Of a stretch of DNA of 64,000 bases, positions 51,601 through 64,000 are shown in pieces (position 1 is the first letter of the stretch; every line of letters starts with the position of its first letter). The notes under the pieces were generated by a model, which ran no database searches, had not been told where the DNA came from, and saw only the letters and a list, made by a program, of their open reading frames with translations. The stretch is from assembly GCA_951406725.2 (NCBI GenBank), contig OX597818.1, positions 61,442,001 through 61,506,000 of the forward strand, read 5' to 3'. This DNA comes from Octopus vulgaris. Lineage: Eukaryota. Position numbers and translations under genes: made by a program.

Positions 51601-53940
51601 GATAAATATTGAAATTTGCCAACACACACACACACTACTCAATGCATACATACCAAAAAATATAAAGAAAAAATATTCAGACTAAAAGACCACTTAAACA
51701 CACTAGCTACATACAAATACATATCTAATTACATACCAACAACATTGCTGCATACTGTTACTCCAGCTTCATAGGATCACAGCCTCTTCCATCCACTCTA
51801 GCCAACTACCACATACAAAGCATCCATAGAATCAATATTCTTAAAATAAGTACAAAATCTGATCCAATGACTAACCTATAGATTATCAGGTTTTTGAGAC
51901 AGGTATACACTAGTTGATTAAACTAATTTTCTGTTGCAGCTGGAGTTATAGATCATACGTGACGGCACTAAACAGACTCTGATTGCAGGTGAATTGACCA
52001 CATAGTGAAAAATGGAAAATCATTTCTTGATTGTCACAGTTCACTCAATGAATTAATATCGAAAACTGTGTAATGCACTCTCCAGCCTAACGTCTGCAAC
52101 ACTGTGGCTGTGGGTTTCAGAGCATCTACAGAGATTAGTGAGACATATGTGAAGTTTGACTCAATACGTACCATTAAAAAGCTATCTAAGGTTGAAAAAC
52201 TCTGTTGATAAAGCCTATGAGCAAAAGAGAAACTAAAAACTGTACTCAAAACATACTCCAAAATGCCAAATACCTGAGATATAATTAAATACTTATCTTT
52301 AGAACTAAACATACAAGAAGGGGTTATGTTCAGAGATCATTTACACATCAACAACATTGAAGTTCTTGTCATACATAGTATATAATCAATACGGACCAGA
52401 TGTCAAATATGTTTACAGAAATAAGTAAATATATATTCTAAAAGAAATCTAGCCAAAATGTTTTTCAATAGTAAATCAATGAAGATGAAAGATAATGAAA
52501 TCTAAAGCATATATCAATATTTTATAGTCAAAGGATTAAGAATTTTATAAAATTAAAAAAAAATAAACGTGTGTGACAAATGATAATGTCAATTTTATAT
52601 TTGTATTGATTCTAGGTAGTATCAGGGTTTTGAAAAATCTATTAAATCTAAAATGAATGTTTCTTAACACTAGATAATCTAAAAGAAAATTAATTACCAG
52701 TAGTTATTGATCACAGTAATTTGAGGAGTAATTAAAATTTTGGTCGCTATATTATTTTTTTATGGTTATAATTTCCAAATTTTTTTTTTTAAGTGTCAAA
52801 AAACATTTACATATGCATAGTTACATTTTAATACTTAAAATAAATTTCCTAGATTAATGAAGTTGATGAACATTGTATTTTTTATTTGTTTCCTAGTGTA
52901 TAAATGTATATACATTCTAAAATATTTCAATTACAAATTTTAATTTCTAAAACCATAAACCATCCATAAATTTATAGTCTGAACTGCCAAGATAACTATC
53001 ATAAAACAAAAACAATTTTAAATCTATAACAGATTAATTTAACTGAATGTGCAACATTCACAGCTCAATACCTTAATTTGTAGGCCATTTATTATAGGCA
53101 TTTTATAAGTAAAATTAATTTACAGCTGGGTTTTCTGTCTTTTGCTATGAAAAAATATTACTGGATCTTGAAATCTAATGCAGCACAAAAAGTTGAAATA
53201 GAAGCAGGATAAAGATTTCTTTAAAAAATGTATTTGAAACTGATTTTAAAAATCTTTTGTCAAAAGTCATCCTGGCAAAGATACGGTTGAATAAATTGCA
53301 TTCACATATATATATCAACATGTGAAGCAAAAATATTAAAAAGTCAATAGAAAAAGTGAAGAGCAGAATAAAAAAAATAAAAAAAATCACTATGTATTTC
53401 AAATATTGAATCAGATTTGTTTTTTTAATGTATTTTATTTTTATTATTTTCCTGTAAAGGACATTTTTTTTAAATATATGAAAACACATACAAACTGGGA
53501 TCCTATAGAGTTGAACTTCTAAATTTGGCTGTATCTGATGATAGGATTGCTAAGTTATTGTTATCTGGTTTTATATAATCCAAAGGAGCCAAATTTGTTA
53601 AATGTTCAGCTCTCAGTTCTTAGAGAATTAACTATAATTTTTTTTTAGAAAAAGAACAAAGGTACATGAAACCACTAATAACTTCCATGTAAGAAATAAA
53701 TTTCTCCATAGACAGCATACTTATCTATGAAGAAGCTGACAAAGCAGAAAGCTCATTCGCACAGCTAGGCAAAATGACAATGTCAGCAACTTAAGCGTCC
53801 TACCCCTGCACATTTCCAGTAGATTTCAACTAATGTTATAAGGCACCAACCAATATTTATTGTGCTTTTTTTTTTTTTTTTTTTCAAGTATGACAAGAAT
53901 TAAGCAATTGTTATATTTTCTGTTTAGCACATTCAAAGAT

Positions 53941-54270
53941 ACTGACTTTCAGAAATATTTTCTCACGCTAAGAGTCGCTGAAGCATGGAACAAACTGCCG
54001 GCATCAATTGTTAGTTGTCGGAGCACAGCATCCTTCAAAACTTCCATGCTTCCTGAGATTCGCCAACACTACACCTGATTTTCTACCCTCCATACACACG
54101 CAAGCATGCACCTGATTCATACACTGTTCACTTTCCAGACATTTGTACATTACTGCATATGCTTTATATGCACTTTTGACAAGTTGTGGTGCACCTGAGC
54201 ACTGTATACAATAATTTCATTATTATTATTATTATTGTCATTATTGTTATTATTATTATTATTATTATTT
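53941..54270 (+). mobile_element. CR1/L2-group LINE 3' end with 3' UTR and (ATT)n tail
   Basis: FQKYFLTLRVAEAWNKLPASIVSCRSTASFK matches the CR1-type FF..RV...WN.LP C-terminus; window bases 1-19 match its terminal gtgcacctgagcact. Confidence 0.8.
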
Positions 54271-55224
54271 GTATTATTAATTCACCTGTAACAATGACCT
54301 GCACATTCAGATAAAACAATTTTATTGGGTCCGCTAGGATGTTGCAATAAGATGCATTAAAGAGATAGCTAAAGACCATTTAGTGCCTCCCTATAGGGAG
54401 CAGAAAAAGTATTAATTTTAGAGTTATGTTTCTAATTCTTACATTCTTTAATAGCTAAGACGATTCCTTATAGACATTTTTTTTGGCATAAACAAAAATT
54501 GAAGTAATATTTGATTTGGGGGTTCTGAACCACAGAGAAAATATACTGAATAAATATGTTTACAATAAAATATTATATTCAAATGCGTATAGATAAATAA
54601 AAGCAAATGCTTATTATGGTAAGTACGTGATGTATAGAAATTGAAGGAAAAAACTGTTAGAGAGTTAACTCAAAATGTCATTAGTAAAAGATTGCTTATT
54701 TATTAAACTTGATGCTGTTATTCAAACAAATGATCCTGACATTATATATTGGCAGTGCTGTTAAAAATTGAATTCCTAACAAATGGAAGACAATAAAACA
54801 TGTCAGCGAGTTCTTTCCTCAATAATCTTCAGAAAATAAACATTATGAAAACATCACCATGCATATGTTTGCACACTAAACACAATCTTCTTAATAAACT
54901 CATTAAAAATGGACAATGGATATGCTCTCCTCGTTGTTGAAGATTTGCACAAATGCAAGAAGTTATTGATCTGTGACTTGCGTCACTTTAGATTTCATTT
55001 TCTATAGATTCTATATTTTCTAACCCACAACATTTCAATACCTCACATACATCTGCTGTATTGTAGAGATATCTTTCATATTCTATATATATATATATAT
55101 ATATGTATATATAATTTACTTGGAAATGGATGCGTGGCATTTGATCATATAATAATATAAATAATATATAAATGTATGCATATATACATACATGTATGTA
55201 TATACCTAGATATATATGTATATA

Positions 55225-55670
55225 TACAACGTAGAGTAGATGAAACCATAACAACTGAAGAAGGGGTTTTTTCTTTGTGTTAATTGTCCTGTACTCAATT
55301 TTTTTGTTGTTTTAAAAAAAATGTCCAGTTCCTTTGGTTTGTGTCTTTGTTTTCGTTTCTCATTGTGTTCGACGTCCTTTTGGTGTCCTGTACTCATATA
55401 TGCGTGTATATGTACATGTAGAGGTAGGTACGTACATATATGTTTGTATATATGCATATGTTTTATTTTATTTATTAATATATACATGTATATATGGGTA
55501 CAGGACATCAAAAAACGTAGACAAAATGAGAAAAAGACAAAAACATAGAAACAAACTTTTTTCGAACAACGAAAGAAACAAAGAGAGAAATGAGGCAGGC
55601 AACATAAAGAACATTCCCTTCATCAGTTGTCCCCCGTTTTATCAACTCCACATTTCAAAGACTCAACTTT
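55225..55670. mobile_element. Inverted pair of related short repeats around a TA-rich spacer (possible Penelope-like relic)
   Basis: 55360-55400 ...gacgtccttttggtgtcctgtactcat is inverted-homologous to 55495-55535; both arms carry caactga(a/t)gaaggg. Confidence 0.5.
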
Positions 55671-55784
55671 GTTAAAATAGTCCATCCCACAAAGCAAATT
55701 ATTTTGGGATTTTTTGCGGAGGGTAGGGTTAAAGTGGTAACAAAAACAAGACATACACACACACGTACATACATATATATTCTT

Positions 55785-56320
55785 TTAGCTTTTACTTGTT
55801 TCAGTCATTGGACTACTACCATTGCTGCAGCATGGCCTTGAGGACTTTTTAGTTGAATGCATTGATCTCGGTACTTACTTTTTAGGACCAGCACTTATTC
55901 TATCGGTCTGTTTTACTGAACTAAGTTATGGGGAAATAAACACACACACATTATATATATATATATATATATATATATCATCATCATCATCATCATTATC
56001 ATCATTTAACGTCCGCTTTCCATGCTAGCATGGGTTGGACGGTTCAACTGGGGTCTGGCAAGCCCGAAGGCTGCACCAGGCCAGTCAGATCTGGCAGTGT
56101 TTCTACAGCTGGATGCCCTTCCTAACGCCAACCACTCCGAGAGTGTATATATAGATATATATATATATGCGTATATATATATATATATATATATCACACC
56201 TGCCAGGCTTCTTTCAGTTTCCATCAACCAAATTCACTCACAAGGCTTTGGTCAGCCTGAAGCTAAAATGGAAGTCACTTGGCCAAGGTTCCACTCAGTT
56301 GGTCTGAATCTGGAACTATA
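55785..56320 (-). mobile_element. Old family B SINE with a family A copy (55978-56145) nested in its microsatellite
   Basis: B tail 55785-55950, A copy, B head part 56205-56320. Confidence 0.8.
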
Positions 56321-56639
56321 GGATTTAAAGTTAAATTTAAAGGAGCCATGAATGTTGTAGCATGGAAATCTAGATTTACTTATGGAGACAGCAATTAAAT
56401 ATCACCTGAGGAGATACATATGGATCTTCTTATACAGGTAAATCATTACATAATTTAATTCAAATTTAAATCCTGTATATACGTGGATCCGTATGTATTG
56501 AAACATTTGTAGTGATTATTAAAAAGTTGCCTAACCGTTCTTACTCTCCCTTTTGAGTCTTTTACTTTTTACGCACGCACACGCACGCATATATGTTTAA
56601 CCATGCTAGATCGCTGAAATCTACAAGTTTTTTTATGCT

Positions 56640-56790
56640 TTCTCTGTTTATTTTCTCTTATTCCTTTCTGCTGAAGAGTATAAGCTCGAAATGTAAAAGC
56701 CTTTTCCATTTTTCCCAAGCATCAAACTAATACACTTGCTTGTTGTTCATACACGTGTCTTCATCTTTTGTTTTCCTATAAATTTCAACT
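56640..56790 (+). mobile_element. Family H2 copy with variant hammerhead motif
   Basis: CTTT-CTGCTGA-A-GAGT(ataa)GCTC-GAAA-TG-TA-AAAG at 56664-56699; downstream homologous to the reverse complement of 1780-1870. Confidence 0.55.
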
Positions 56791-57004
56791 ATATATATAT
56801 ATATATATATATTTCCAATATTCTACAAAATATGTTTGGCCATGAGGAAATAATAAATAGTATGGAAAATGGTAAGGACTGTTGACAGGAAGGGCATCTT
56901 GTCCATAGGAAATTTGCCTCTATAAACTGGAAAAGTAGACATTAAAACAACAATGATGGCTAAAACAATGGTGATGATAATATCTAAGATGATGGGTTTT
57001 CATT

Positions 57005-57158
57005 TCATCATCATTATCGTTTAACGTCTGTTTTCCATGCTAGCACGGGCTGGATGGTTCGACCAGGTTCTGGGAAGCCAGGAGGCTGCACCAGGCTTCA
57101 GCCTGATCTGGCAGTATTTCTACAGCTGGATGCCCTTCCTAACGCCAACCACTCCGTG
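57005..57158 (-). mobile_element. SINE-like family A, 3' part
   Basis: tcatcattatcgtttaacgtc...ggatgcccttcctaacgccaaccactcc. Confidence 0.85.
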
Positions 57159-58899
57159 AAATATTAATTTTTAATATTCAGACAGTACTGCAAAGTTATT
57201 TGGAATGGTTGAAATCATTTAAACTGATCCCACTACTTAACAGGTACTTAATTTGTTAAACCTGAGAAAAAACGGAAGAGCCAAGTTGGCACTGATGAAA
57301 TCTGAGGAATCTTTGAAATCTGATCTTGCTGATCCTAAGTGAATACAGCAAGATACTTCGACTCTACGGATGTTATTTCTTGATCTTACATTCACACAAA
57401 TATTTATAAACACACATGCACGAAACCGCAGAGATGCTGTAGTTGACTGGAAGCAAAGAGTCAAGATAAGTCCACTTACTGCTGCATAAAAGTGGTACAG
57501 AATCTAATGATATTTTTGATTTATTAAAGATGTTATGAAAACATTTAGTAGTTTAAAATAAATTTGCCACTCAAATAGCAAAGCAATTCTTCCCTATTAT
57601 AAACGTAAGAAGCTCAGTTTCCTTATACCAGGCAACTTTTTTAAAAATTTACTTTGCTTACACTTTAATTACTGTTGTTACAGCTGACAACTACCTCTTT
57701 GACGTTTTTTTTTATTTTCAAATGTTCAAAAAGAAAAGTATCATATTCCAAGTTTTTACCAATATTTATCAAGATATATTCAAAATATTAATGAGGTTGA
57801 ATGCTAAGTATGAGAGAGAGAGAGAGAGAGAAATTAATATTCCCCGGCAAAGGCAATTTCATCGGAACCAATTAGTTACGTCTGTTTATTTAGGTCATGT
57901 AATTAATGGTAATAGCCAGATTAAGAATATTAATTATTTTTAACTAGAAACACACACACACACACAAAGAAAAATCTCTTCATATTGACTTGATGATGCA
58001 GTGTGGCTGTGATAATGTATGCAATGAAGACAGACAGACAGAAAGTAAAGCTGATTACTCTTTGTGGAGGATACCATAAAGTCTGATGAATGACTTCAGA
58101 AGAAAACAAGATAAAGAACAACAAGAAAGAGCTGACAAAGACTACTAGAATTAGAAAAAAAAAATACATCGGTTGGGAAAGACAAAGAATAAAGAGTTAA
58201 TTCCATTATATGGCAATTCAGAGTTGACAGAGCAAGTAAAAATCTACGGAGCAAAACCTAAAAATAGTTATCTACTGTTTTAATGCTGAGTTCGCTTAAC
58301 AGAGATTGTACGTCAATTTAGAAACAAAGAAATGAAAATTACTATAATATATTACATCATAAATTTTTTAGTGAATCATTCAAAATGGCTATTAAGCACA
58401 TCTAGAATGTGACAAAATTCATATTTAATATCAATATCTATGATATATACTTAGCAGGGGTTAAGATCACTTTCAAATGTATTCTTTTTCTTTTGAATTT
58501 AACTTCTTTAATGCACTGCTGTAACATAACCAGACTACAGCTTGCTGCTGGTTTAATATTTCTGATTTCATATATAACTTAATCTTTCTACATTTGTTGC
58601 AACATTGAATAGTTCATATAAAATTTTGATTTCCTAGGTATTTTCATAACAAGAGCATTAAGTAATTGCAAGGCAGAATTCTTTCAAAGTAAAGTATGCA
58701 TAATCATACTTGATGGAGTGAGCCAAGAATCTTTAATTAATTAATTAAAATTTTATAAACACTTATGAGACGAATCATTTACTTCAAGTGACTAAGTGAT
58801 TCTAGCCAAAAATAACTAGTTGGGTGCCTTGACAAACATTAACAGGGATAAGTAAAACGGGCAGGCACATAAAAAGACCCTTGTCTTGGGAGTTACTTG

Positions 58900-59082
58900 G
58901 TGACCACACTAGAGCCAGTGCCACATAAAAAGTACCCAGTGCCCTTTGTAAATTTATTGGTATCCAACTGTAGAAGAAACACAAAAACAGACAGTGGAGC
59001 TTGGTGCAATCCTCTGGCTCACCAGCTGCTGTTCAACTGTCCCACCCATGCCAGCATGGAAAACAGATGTTAAATGAAGATG
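58900..59082 (+). mobile_element. Degenerate family A copy
   Basis: cccatgccagcatggaaaacagatgttaaatgaagatg tail. Confidence 0.65.
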
Positions 59083-60307
59083 TCCAAAATTAGCTTTGAC
59101 ATGAAATGCTTCAGGTTTAGAAAAAGTGAAGAGTCTGCCTCATAGAATGAGTTTTCCTCTAATCATTAAATTCATTATTGAAATGATTAAACAGTGTATT
59201 TAGTCAGTATGAGAGTAATTGCATCATCATTCTATTTTTAAGAAACTAAAATGCACTTTACAAATAAATATCTCCAAACTCCACAACAATTACAGGAATC
59301 TCTCTCAAATATAAATTTAAGAAATAAAGAATTATAAAGATATCTAAAAAATTAAAAAAAGAAAAAAATACTAGATGAATTTCTTCCATGATACAAAACA
59401 GTATCAAATAAGGAAATACAGTTAGTTTACTCAATAGCATGGAAAATTATTCCACAATTTAATGACATAAATTTTATTTCACACAATTTATATTTCAGTA
59501 TTTGGAAACAAATTAAATATAATAATATTAAATAACTGTACTTAGTCTAAAAATAGCAACTGTAATAAGCTCATGAATGACAGTATTCTACCTTCCAAGT
59601 GACAGGCTTTAATTTAAATACTGAATTTTGTTCAATGAAATTTTAATAAAAGTAACTATGAGCAACTTTCTTTCCAAAAATAACCTTTTAAAACTATACG
59701 AAATTATAATTATTACTCATAGTTATGGAGATCATAATGAAAATGATAGTACTAATTTAAGTAATGCACTAAGACATTTTATTCTGACTGTTGCAGCACG
59801 TGAAAGTTGGAAGAAATTACAAACTTAGAAGAGATTTACTAAAATTAGGAAAAATAAGTTTTGATATCAGACAAGTTAACTGAAGGTAAAAACTTAGAAG
59901 TGACAGGTGCTCTTATTTAACCACAAATTTAACAATGTAAAGGTAAACAGAAATACATTTACATATTGGCCATATTTTGTTTGAAAGTAAAGCAATAACA
60001 AGACAGGTAACAAAGTACCCACAAATTTCAAAAGAGACAGAACATTTCAGGTAGAACTTAGCAAGTTTGTTTCATAAGAAGTTGCTGAAACTCATGGACA
60101 AGAGATGCAAGAAAATGCTGGTATGATAAAAGATTTAAAAAGCAAAATTCCTTCATTCTGAAGAACTTCAGTAAAATTTGCTTTGTAACAACAGCAAAGA
60201 TTGGCAAGTTCATATCGTCCTTCACTAAAGAGGTTAAATAGAGATCAATACTACCTACTGGTAAGCACACCACTGGCTGTTATACTAATCATTATTTATT
60301 AACAGTA

Positions 60308-60470
60308 AGGCAGCGAGCTGGCAGAATACTAAGCAGCATTTCGTCCACCTTGACTTTCTGAGTTCAAATTCCACCGAGGTTGACTTTGCCGTTCAACCTT
60401 TAAGAGTCGATAAAATCGATTAGTCCCCTCTCCAAAACTTTCTGGCTTTGTGCCTATAGTGGAAAGGATT
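60308..60470 (+). mobile_element. Degenerate SINE family C copy
   Basis: ggcagcgagctggcagaa...tgagttcaaattccaccgaggttgactttgcc. Confidence 0.75.
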
Positions 60471-61059
60471 GTTTGCTAGCAGTAAATGCTTTCAATAATA
60501 TATCTTATTCTTCATACATTATGGCAGTTTTAAATGTGAATATCTAATCGCTGTTGTTTTACATCATCAGAGAAACATTGCCCCTTTAGATGTATGTTCA
60601 GAACATATGCGATTTACAGGTGTAAGTGGATTTTGAAACACTGGTGTTTCAATTTTCCTGTGAATCTGCTCAGCCAGAGATATGCCACCAGACTGATGAA
60701 TCTCAAGGGTCCCTTACAGAGGTAAATTGCTTTTGCTATGAACACACTTGATCCTAAAAGGAAGGGTTGTTTTCCAATGACAAAAATGACAACTTGGGCA
60801 GGGAGTCTTCTAGTACAGTATGTGTCTTCACGGTTTGTGTTTCCCCACCAATCTTGGATTGTTTAGCAAGTGTTGGCAACCTAACACGTCAGCAAAGAGA
60901 CTGATAGAACAAGTGCTAGGTACCACGGTGATGTCCCAGCATGCTAAGTACCACATTTCAATGCAGTGCACCAATATGGCTGCAGTTTATGTGTATGTAC
61001 TTGTGTGTACACACACACGTGTGTATGCACACATACACACGCACATGCACACAATGCTG

Positions 61060-61350
61060 GTTGTGTAATGTAAGTGTACATGTTTGACAGACTGATGGTA
61101 TATTGAAAGAGAAATTAGGCATAAGAAGAAGAAGTAGATACAGTGTGCAAGAGCGAAGGCTGTGCTAGTTTGGTCAGGTGATGTGGATGGATGCCAACAG
61201 CTTCATAAAGAAGTGTCAATCTCTCAAAGTGGATGGAACACATGGGACCAGGAGAGCCAGGAAGTGCTTTCAAGCAAAATTGGATAAAAATGTTAAAGGA
61301 CGACCTCTGGAGGCTGAACTTTTGAGATAAAATGACAAAGGACTGAAATA
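61060..61350 (+). mobile_element. Decayed RTE LINE 3' fragment
   Basis: LKEKLGIR...VQERRLC*FGQVMWMDANSFIKKCQSLKVDG matches the RTE C-terminal RRLRWFGHV motif. Confidence 0.75.
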
Positions 61351-61354
61351 CCCC

Positions 61355-61536
61355 ACAGCAGAAGTGTTAAGAAATGTACCTGACAGCAGAAGTGTTAAAA
61401 AGTGTCCAAGACAGCAAAAGTGTTAAGTGTCTCTGACAGCAGAAGTGTTAAGAAGTGTCTCTGACAGCAGAAGTGTTAAGAAGTGTCCCTGACAGCAGAA
61501 GTGTTAAAAAGTGTCTCTAACAGCAAAAGTGTTAAG
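61355..61536 (+). repeat. 28-bp minisatellite, about 6.5 units (ACAGCAGAAGTGTTAAGAAGTGTCTCTG)
   Basis: Directly visible head-to-tail units without spacers. Confidence 0.92.
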
Positions 61537-64000
61537 GCCACTCCTCCTGATGAACAGGATTGGCTTGCAAGTGTTGTATGCCAGTGCCAAATAGAAAGCA
61601 TTCATGCTGCAGTCAGGCAAAAGCATTCACTCATGCAGTACTATGTTAAAACCCAGCACACACACACACTGTAATGTGGTTGGCATTAGGAAGGGCATGC
61701 AGTTGTAGAAACCAAGCCAAATCTGATTGGGACCTAGTGCAGCTTGCCAGCTATAGTCAACTATCCAACCCATGCCAATATGAGATGATGATAATGTCAC
61801 ACACACATATACGAAATACAGATATTTTGCACTGTCAATTTAGCCCCAATATTACAAACGAATTGTGTTGCTGTGTGTTTATGTGTGCGAAAGTAGTTCT
61901 GTAGAATTAAGTTTTCTTGTATAACCAGTACTTGGCCAATTGCATGACAAATAGACTAATTATTACAGAAACAACAGTCTAAACAAAAAGGAAAATTTAG
62001 GTGGGGGAGAAAAAATTAAAGATTTACTTATTGATATGGTTCTTAGCACAATAACCATTGACAAAAATTTGGTTGTTTCTGAGATACCAGAGAGGGTACT
62101 TAAGTATTCAATGAAGCAACGAATTTTGATAAAAACAGAGTTGCCTAATCTATTGCATTTGTATCAGATGGGAGCTATTTCGGATAGGAAGGATGTTATG
62201 GTTGTGATCATTGTCAGAAAACACAAAGAAGAGACTAATTAGTGATCATATGCATCTTCAGATAAAACTATTACAAGATATTTCAGGTTATCAAATCCAC
62301 AAAAACTATTAGTCTCTACATGCAACTTAACATAAAGACTGTTATCAAATCTTCAATTGAAAACTGGATATTTTTTTTTTATACTTGAATAATTAAAATT
62401 AGATAATTTCAATTTAAAAACACTTTACAGTCAAAGTTTTGTAGTTTGCTGGTAGCAGATTGGCAGAATCAATAAGGCAACCAACAAAATTCATCATGAC
62501 GTGGTGCCTTTCATTGTTCTGCAGTCGAAAAAGTAAATACTAGTCACAAACTGGTGTTGATTTGATTGGTTCTGCCCTTCTTCAAAATGTGTGTGGCTTT
62601 GCACTTATGTTACAAATCAATATTGCAGATAAAGTTCCAATAGCTAAAATATAATTGACTTGTTATCTGATAAGAAGTCTGACTGCAGTAAAATAAAATT
62701 GAGTATTTATGCAATTGATAATTAATTCTCCAGCTTACAGGGAAAGCATTCGATATTATTGTTTCATATGCATGCATGGAAACTGAAACTTTTTAAGAAT
62801 AGGAACTAGGAAATGTTGATGGTTCCTGTTAAAGTATATATGCATTTTATCTGAGACAACAAAAGATTCCTAACAATAACTACAGCATGATGCAGTGAGG
62901 AATTATAAAAATAGAAAAAAAATAAATAAATAAAAGACAGTTTTGCTTAACCTTTTTAATATCATTTTAGATTTATACAAAGAATTACAACTAAAATCAT
63001 TGTTGGCTTAAAGTAACACAGCTATTAGTAAATACATATAGAAATCAATAAAAATATTTTACAAAATTAGATGATTTTGTAAAAAATATTATGCATACTT
63101 AAAAAAGAAAGAAGTAATGCTTAAACCAACTTTAAGTTTAAAAAGCGCCATCTTGTGATATATATTCCTTTCTTTTATATCAATAGAAGTAAAGTAACTT
63201 TAGTCGATTTCCAACATTGGGGAAAAACATATTTTCTGGTAAGTTAACCAGAATTTATGAATTTTATTTACTATTAAGTATAGCTGCAGTTACATTAATA
63301 CCTATCTTTCACTTCTCAAGTTTTCAATAAGCATCGTAAAATATAAAAACAAAATCCATGTGCTAGTTCAGCTTAATGTCAAAGTTTAGATACTTATATT
63401 AAAAAAAAACAGAGAAAGATAAGAGGAAATTTTTGTGAAAAGACTGAGAGTGCACACTGACAATATGAAAACTTTTACTTTTATTTACAGCTTATGTGTA
63501 AATAGTATGAAAAAAAAGTAAAATTCTGAATTGTTATGTGATGTCAACATAGCAACGTTTGAAATAAAGTGAAATCATGAAAAAGTGAAGTTGAGAAGGA
63601 GCAGCAAAGACCACACTGCTAGACTAGGATCAATACAACCTCAAGGGTATGGACATAAAAAAAAAAACAGTTATGACAACTGATTTTTCAGCCAGGTACA
63701 GATAACAGATGGCTAATGTCAATTGGGTGATATTTCTAGTATTTCTAGCTGGTTTTCACTTTTGGGAACCTGGAGCAGGATGGTGGTGGTGGTGGTGGGG
63801 GGGGTTATGATTTTGCTTTGTTATTTTATGTTTAATTATGTAATAATTTCTCTGAATTTCTATCTGCACACAGTTAAAAAAAAAAAAAATTAATGCCCTC
63901 TCTATTTGATCCATGGATACACATCAGAAAATAAGAAAATAAAAAACAGAAGTATGGAGATATACTTGCATAGCAAGTGACCTGTTCAGAGATTGTGTGT

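Noticed and set aside
61355-61536. CRISPR-like array of 28-bp repeats
   Set aside because: Units are head-to-tail with no unique spacers, there are no cas genes, and the context is eukaryotic

Overview
AT-rich, repeat-dense eukaryotic non-coding DNA. The repeat families look like those of an Octopus (coleoid cephalopod) genome; this is recognition, not a database result. I find no intact protein-coding gene. The ORF-track entries are SINE, microsatellite or noise translations, plus decayed RTE and CR1-type LINE and Tc1 transposase fragments. The plus strand looks A-rich and the minus strand U-rich, and a textbook 3'SS/5'SS junction (YnCAG|GTGAGT) lies on the minus strand near 49735, so the window may be inside a very long minus-strand intron. 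Also present: at least four SINE families, two TTAA/piggyBac-type MITE families, a hAT MITE, a probable non-autonomous Helitron and a solo LTR. The most notable signal is a tRNA-headed short element whose body carries a minimal Penelope-type hammerhead ribozyme motif. It occurs three times as a head-to-head fold-back (about 6.5, 10.3 and 22.5 kb) and once as a head-only insert (21.8 kb); three of these four insertions have 13-bp target duplications. A second, unrelated family with a variant hammerhead core is at 1.9 and 56.7 kb. Coordinates were read by eye, and boundaries of decayed elements are approximate.
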